A DNA stretch of 64,000 nt from Bryobacterales bacterium (GTDB lineage: Bacteria; Acidobacteriota; Terriglobia; Bryobacterales; Bryobacteraceae). The position numbers were made by a program, and so were the translations under genes. Under the pieces are notes generated by a model. That model did no database searches. It was not told the origin of the DNA and saw only the letters and a program-made list of their open reading frames with translations. Shown one piece after another: positions 62,069 to 64,000 of this stretch. Positions within the stretch are counted from its first letter, which is position 1, and every line of letters begins with the position of its first letter. The DNA lies in the NCBI GenBank assembly GCA_963710155.1, contig CAVPZQ010000010.1, positions 4,358 to 68,357 on the forward strand. Reading direction: 5' to 3'.

Positions 62069-63082
62069 TTACAGCGGCCCGCCGCCGAGCGCCTTCGACA
62101 AGCTCGCCAGCTTGCTCTGGAATTTCAGAACGTCTGAGCCCGCCTGATGATCCACCACGCCCGCTGCCACTTGAAACACCAGCGTGCACGGAATTCCGTC
62201 GTGCTTAAACGAATACGGTTCCGTCAGCTTCTGCGCCGCATCGCGCGAGATCGCCATCGCGCTGCTCGGCGAGGCGTTCAGAATCGCCACAAATTGATTC
62301 GAAGTCCAGCGCCCCAGCATGGATTCCCCACCGAGCGCATCCCGCAGCCGCACTTGCAGGGATTCCAGCGCCTCCTCCACCACGCCGCCCGAATACCGGC
62401 CCGCCAGCATTTTCAGGTTCCGCAGAACGATTAACACTAGGCAGAACGATGTGTTCTGCCGCAACATCTGATCGATGCGATGATCTACGTCCTGCCGGTT
62501 CCAGGTCTCCGCGTTCAGCGCAGCCGGCCGCCGCCCGGCCTGAATTTTTTGATGTAGCAGCCGGATCTCGTCTTTCAACTGCGCGATGGCGAACTGATTC
62601 TTCGCCTGCATCTGCTCGAAACTCGAAAGGATATCCGCGGAAGCCGAGCGAATCGCCGCCTTCATCGCCTCCATCCGGTCAGTCGCTGCCGCGGTGTCCA
62701 GCGTCATGAGCGCCTGCTTCAATTGCTTCTCGTGATCGTCGCCGCGCGCCGAGGCGTTTCCCGCGAACTCCTCGAGCGCCCCCACCGCCGCGTCCATTTC
62801 CTTGCGCAACCGCCGCAGTAGCTCGTGCGTGCTATCCCGGTACTCGCGTAGTTCTTCGCGGAACAAGTCCTGGATGTTCTGCAATTGGTCGGGGCTTTTG
62901 GCCCCGCCCAGCTGGTTTATCAGCGCCTGCAACTCTCCCCGGAACTGCGTCGCCTGCTGGTGATCCACCTCAATGACGTTCTGTTCCGTCGAGGTCAGGG
63001 CCAGCCCGTAGCATTCGAGCGCCACCTTCTTGAATTTTTCCAGCCGCTCCATTTCAAAAGCGGTCTTCAGTAGTGAAATCAT
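62069..63082 (-). CDS. coiled-coil protein with degenerate GGDEF-like C-terminal domain
   Basis: 337 aa. The N-terminal ~170 aa are predicted coiled coil. The C-terminus has a GGDEF-domain layout with catalytic positions replaced (ETWNRQD for LTGLxNR; LVLIVLRNLKML for DxDxFK; GRWTSNQFVAIL for RxGGDEF). No RxxD I-site is seen. Confidence 0.6.
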   Translation of the reverse strand: MISLLKTAFEMERLEKFKKVALECYGLALTSTEQNVIEVDHQQATQFRGELQALINQLGGAKSPDQLQNIQDLFREELREYRDSTHELLRRLRKEMDAAVGALEEFAGNASARGDDHEKQLKQALMTLDTAAATDRMEAMKAAIRSASADILSSFEQMQAKNQFAIAQLKDEIRLLHQKIQAGRRPAALNAETWNRQDVDHRIDQMLRQNTSFCLVLIVLRNLKMLAGRYSGGVVEEALESLQVRLRDALGGESMLGRWTSNQFVAILNASPSSAMAISRDAAQKLTEPYSFKHDGIPCTLVFQVAAGVVDHQAGSDVLKFQSKLASLSKALGGGPL

Positions 63083-63369
63083 CCCAGCAACAACCGTGCA
63101 GTGCGGGCAGGGGACGCCGATTCAAGCAGGCAGCGCCGCATCCCGTCGCGGCCCTCCACGCGTATGCGGCCCGTTTCTTCGCTCACCCGGTAAGCCGACT
63201 GCGCCCCGTGATGCCGCGCCAGCGATTCCAGCGGCCAGTCCGAATCCGCCACCATGCGAATGTAGCCTTCCGGCCCGATGAGGATGGTCATGTCCGTACA
63301 AGCCTGCCCGTTCCGCGATGCCGATTCGGCGGCGTCCAGGATGTTGCGGGCTTGTTCGGCCAGATGCAC
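63079..63369 (-). CDS. hypothetical protein (first gene of a predicted sigma-28 operon)
   Basis: 96 aa, GTG start 6 nt after a sigma-28-type -10 element. Its stop overlaps the next start (ATGA). I recognise no motif. Confidence 0.5.
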   Translation of the reverse strand: MHLAEQARNILDAAESASRNGQACTDMTILIGPEGYIRMVADSDWPLESLARHHGAQSAYRVSEETGRIRVEGRDGMRRCLLESASPARTARLLLG

Positions 63370-63375
63370 ACCTTC

Positions 63376-63402
63376 ATATCGCAGAGCTTCGCCAGAATTC
63401 TA
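63376..63402 (-). promoter_or_regulatory. sigma-28-type promoter
   Basis: The minus strand reads TAGA-N15-TGCGATAT (gatTAGAATTCTGGCGAAGCTCTGCGATAT). Confidence 0.6.
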
Positions 63403-63511
63403 ATCGTCAATTCATTAACGGTTGTACCGTCAGATTTTGGACTCCCAGACGCAAATAACGCATATTTATCAGCAACTTAACGATTGGCTCTCGACTTGCT
63501 TTCGTGGAGGC

Positions 63512-63733
63512 ATGAACCTTATAGCGAATCTATCCCCCACCTATAGACGTTCTTTTTCCGTGAACAACCTCTCCGGCATGACCGACGCCGGCAACGATAG
63601 CAACCGCGCCTACACTGAGATGATGGGCATCCTCAACGGCCTCAGCCAGCACGATCCCAGCCTGTACCAGCGCGTAAAGCAGGAAATCGTAAGCAGCCTG
63701 CGAACCGCTAAATCGTTCCGCCGAAGCTGCTAG
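63512..63733 (+). CDS. hypothetical protein
   Basis: ORF-track 63422..63733. The ATG at 63512 is preceded by GGAGG with only 1-nt spacing, so the start and coding status are uncertain. Confidence 0.3.
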   Translation: MNLIANLSPTYRRSFSVNNLSGMTDAGNDSNRAYTEMMGILNGLSQHDPSLYQRVKQEIVSSLRTAKSFRRSC

Positions 63734-64000
63734 TGATGCCGCCCGAAATCGCCGTGTAGCCAGCGCTTCATATCGGGAGCGAACTCGTGCATGACATTGA
63801 TGCCGGCGTCGATCAAAATCGTATCCGATCCCGCGAAGAAGATGGCGCGCCCGTTATGAAAACGCTGCGGCCACCACATGCGCGACACCGCCGCTGCTCC
63901 ATAGTCGCCCAGGAATTCACTATAAGCCGGCATCATGCCGCCGCTATCGTCATGGCGCCAGATGGTGTGCAGGAACGCGTCGGCAATGCGCCCCTGGTAA
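63730..64000 (-). CDS. hypothetical protein, 5'-truncated by the window edge
   Basis: The reading frame is open from the window end (…YQGRIADAFLHTIWRHDDSGGMMPAYSEF…) to the TAG at 63730. I recognise no motif. Confidence 0.4.
   Translation of the reverse strand, partial: YQGRIADAFLHTIWRHDDSGGMMPAYSEFLGDYGAAAVSRMWWPQRFHNGRAIFFAGSDTILIDAGINVMHEFAPDMKRWLHGDFGRHH

Noticed and set aside
1-64000. Search for CRISPR arrays, tRNA/rRNA genes, IS elements, integrases, toxin-antitoxin pairs and classical defence genes.
   Set aside because: I noticed no spaced direct-repeat arrays, no cloverleaf-like or rRNA-like conserved stretches, and no transposase, integrase or nuclease signatures on either strand. 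The only sizeable repeat is the MTase module duplication.

Overview
GC-rich (about 60%) bacterial chromosome segment. The gene content (CarboxypepD_reg-type TonB-dependent receptor, PSCyt/DUF1549/DUF1553 + DUF1501 pair, HisKA_2 kinase) looks Acidobacteriota/Planctomycetota-like. My guess is a Solibacter/Bryobacter-type acidobacterium, which I cannot verify here. Positions 1-18.1 kb carry two-component and sigma-54 regulators, a ppx-CHAD polyphosphate pair, and two tandem thymidylate-kinase-like genes plus DUF2252. They also carry a secreted beta-propeller, PSCyt/DUF1553, a frameshifted DUF1501, a TonB-dependent receptor and a cysteine-free glutathione-peroxidase homologue. Positions 18.1-63.4 kb hold a nearly complete diderm flagellar locus: flgBC, fliEFGHIJ, fliD, fliC, fliM, flbD, two motAB pairs, flgMNKL, fliA, flhF, flhA, a FleQ-like activator, fliS, flgFGAHI plus a rod-binding FlgJ fragment, fliK, flgD, flgE, fliNOPQR and flhB. 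A 5.7-kb glycosyl/methyl-transferase island is attached to the end of the flgB-fliJ operon. The locus ends in an uncharacterised HDOD / degenerate-GGDEF / SLT module. Reading the intergenic DNA, I find a recurrent TnnA-N15-TGCGATAT element (9 sites, sigma-28-type) and five GG-N10-GC sigma-54-type promoters. Together they give a predicted regulatory wiring and place several unknown ORFs in the flagellar regulon. Many start codons sit only a few nucleotides from the predicted transcription start. I saw no rRNA, tRNA, CRISPR, transposase or integrase genes. All family calls come from motif recognition by eye; no database or HMM search was possible, and the promoter calls are predictions.
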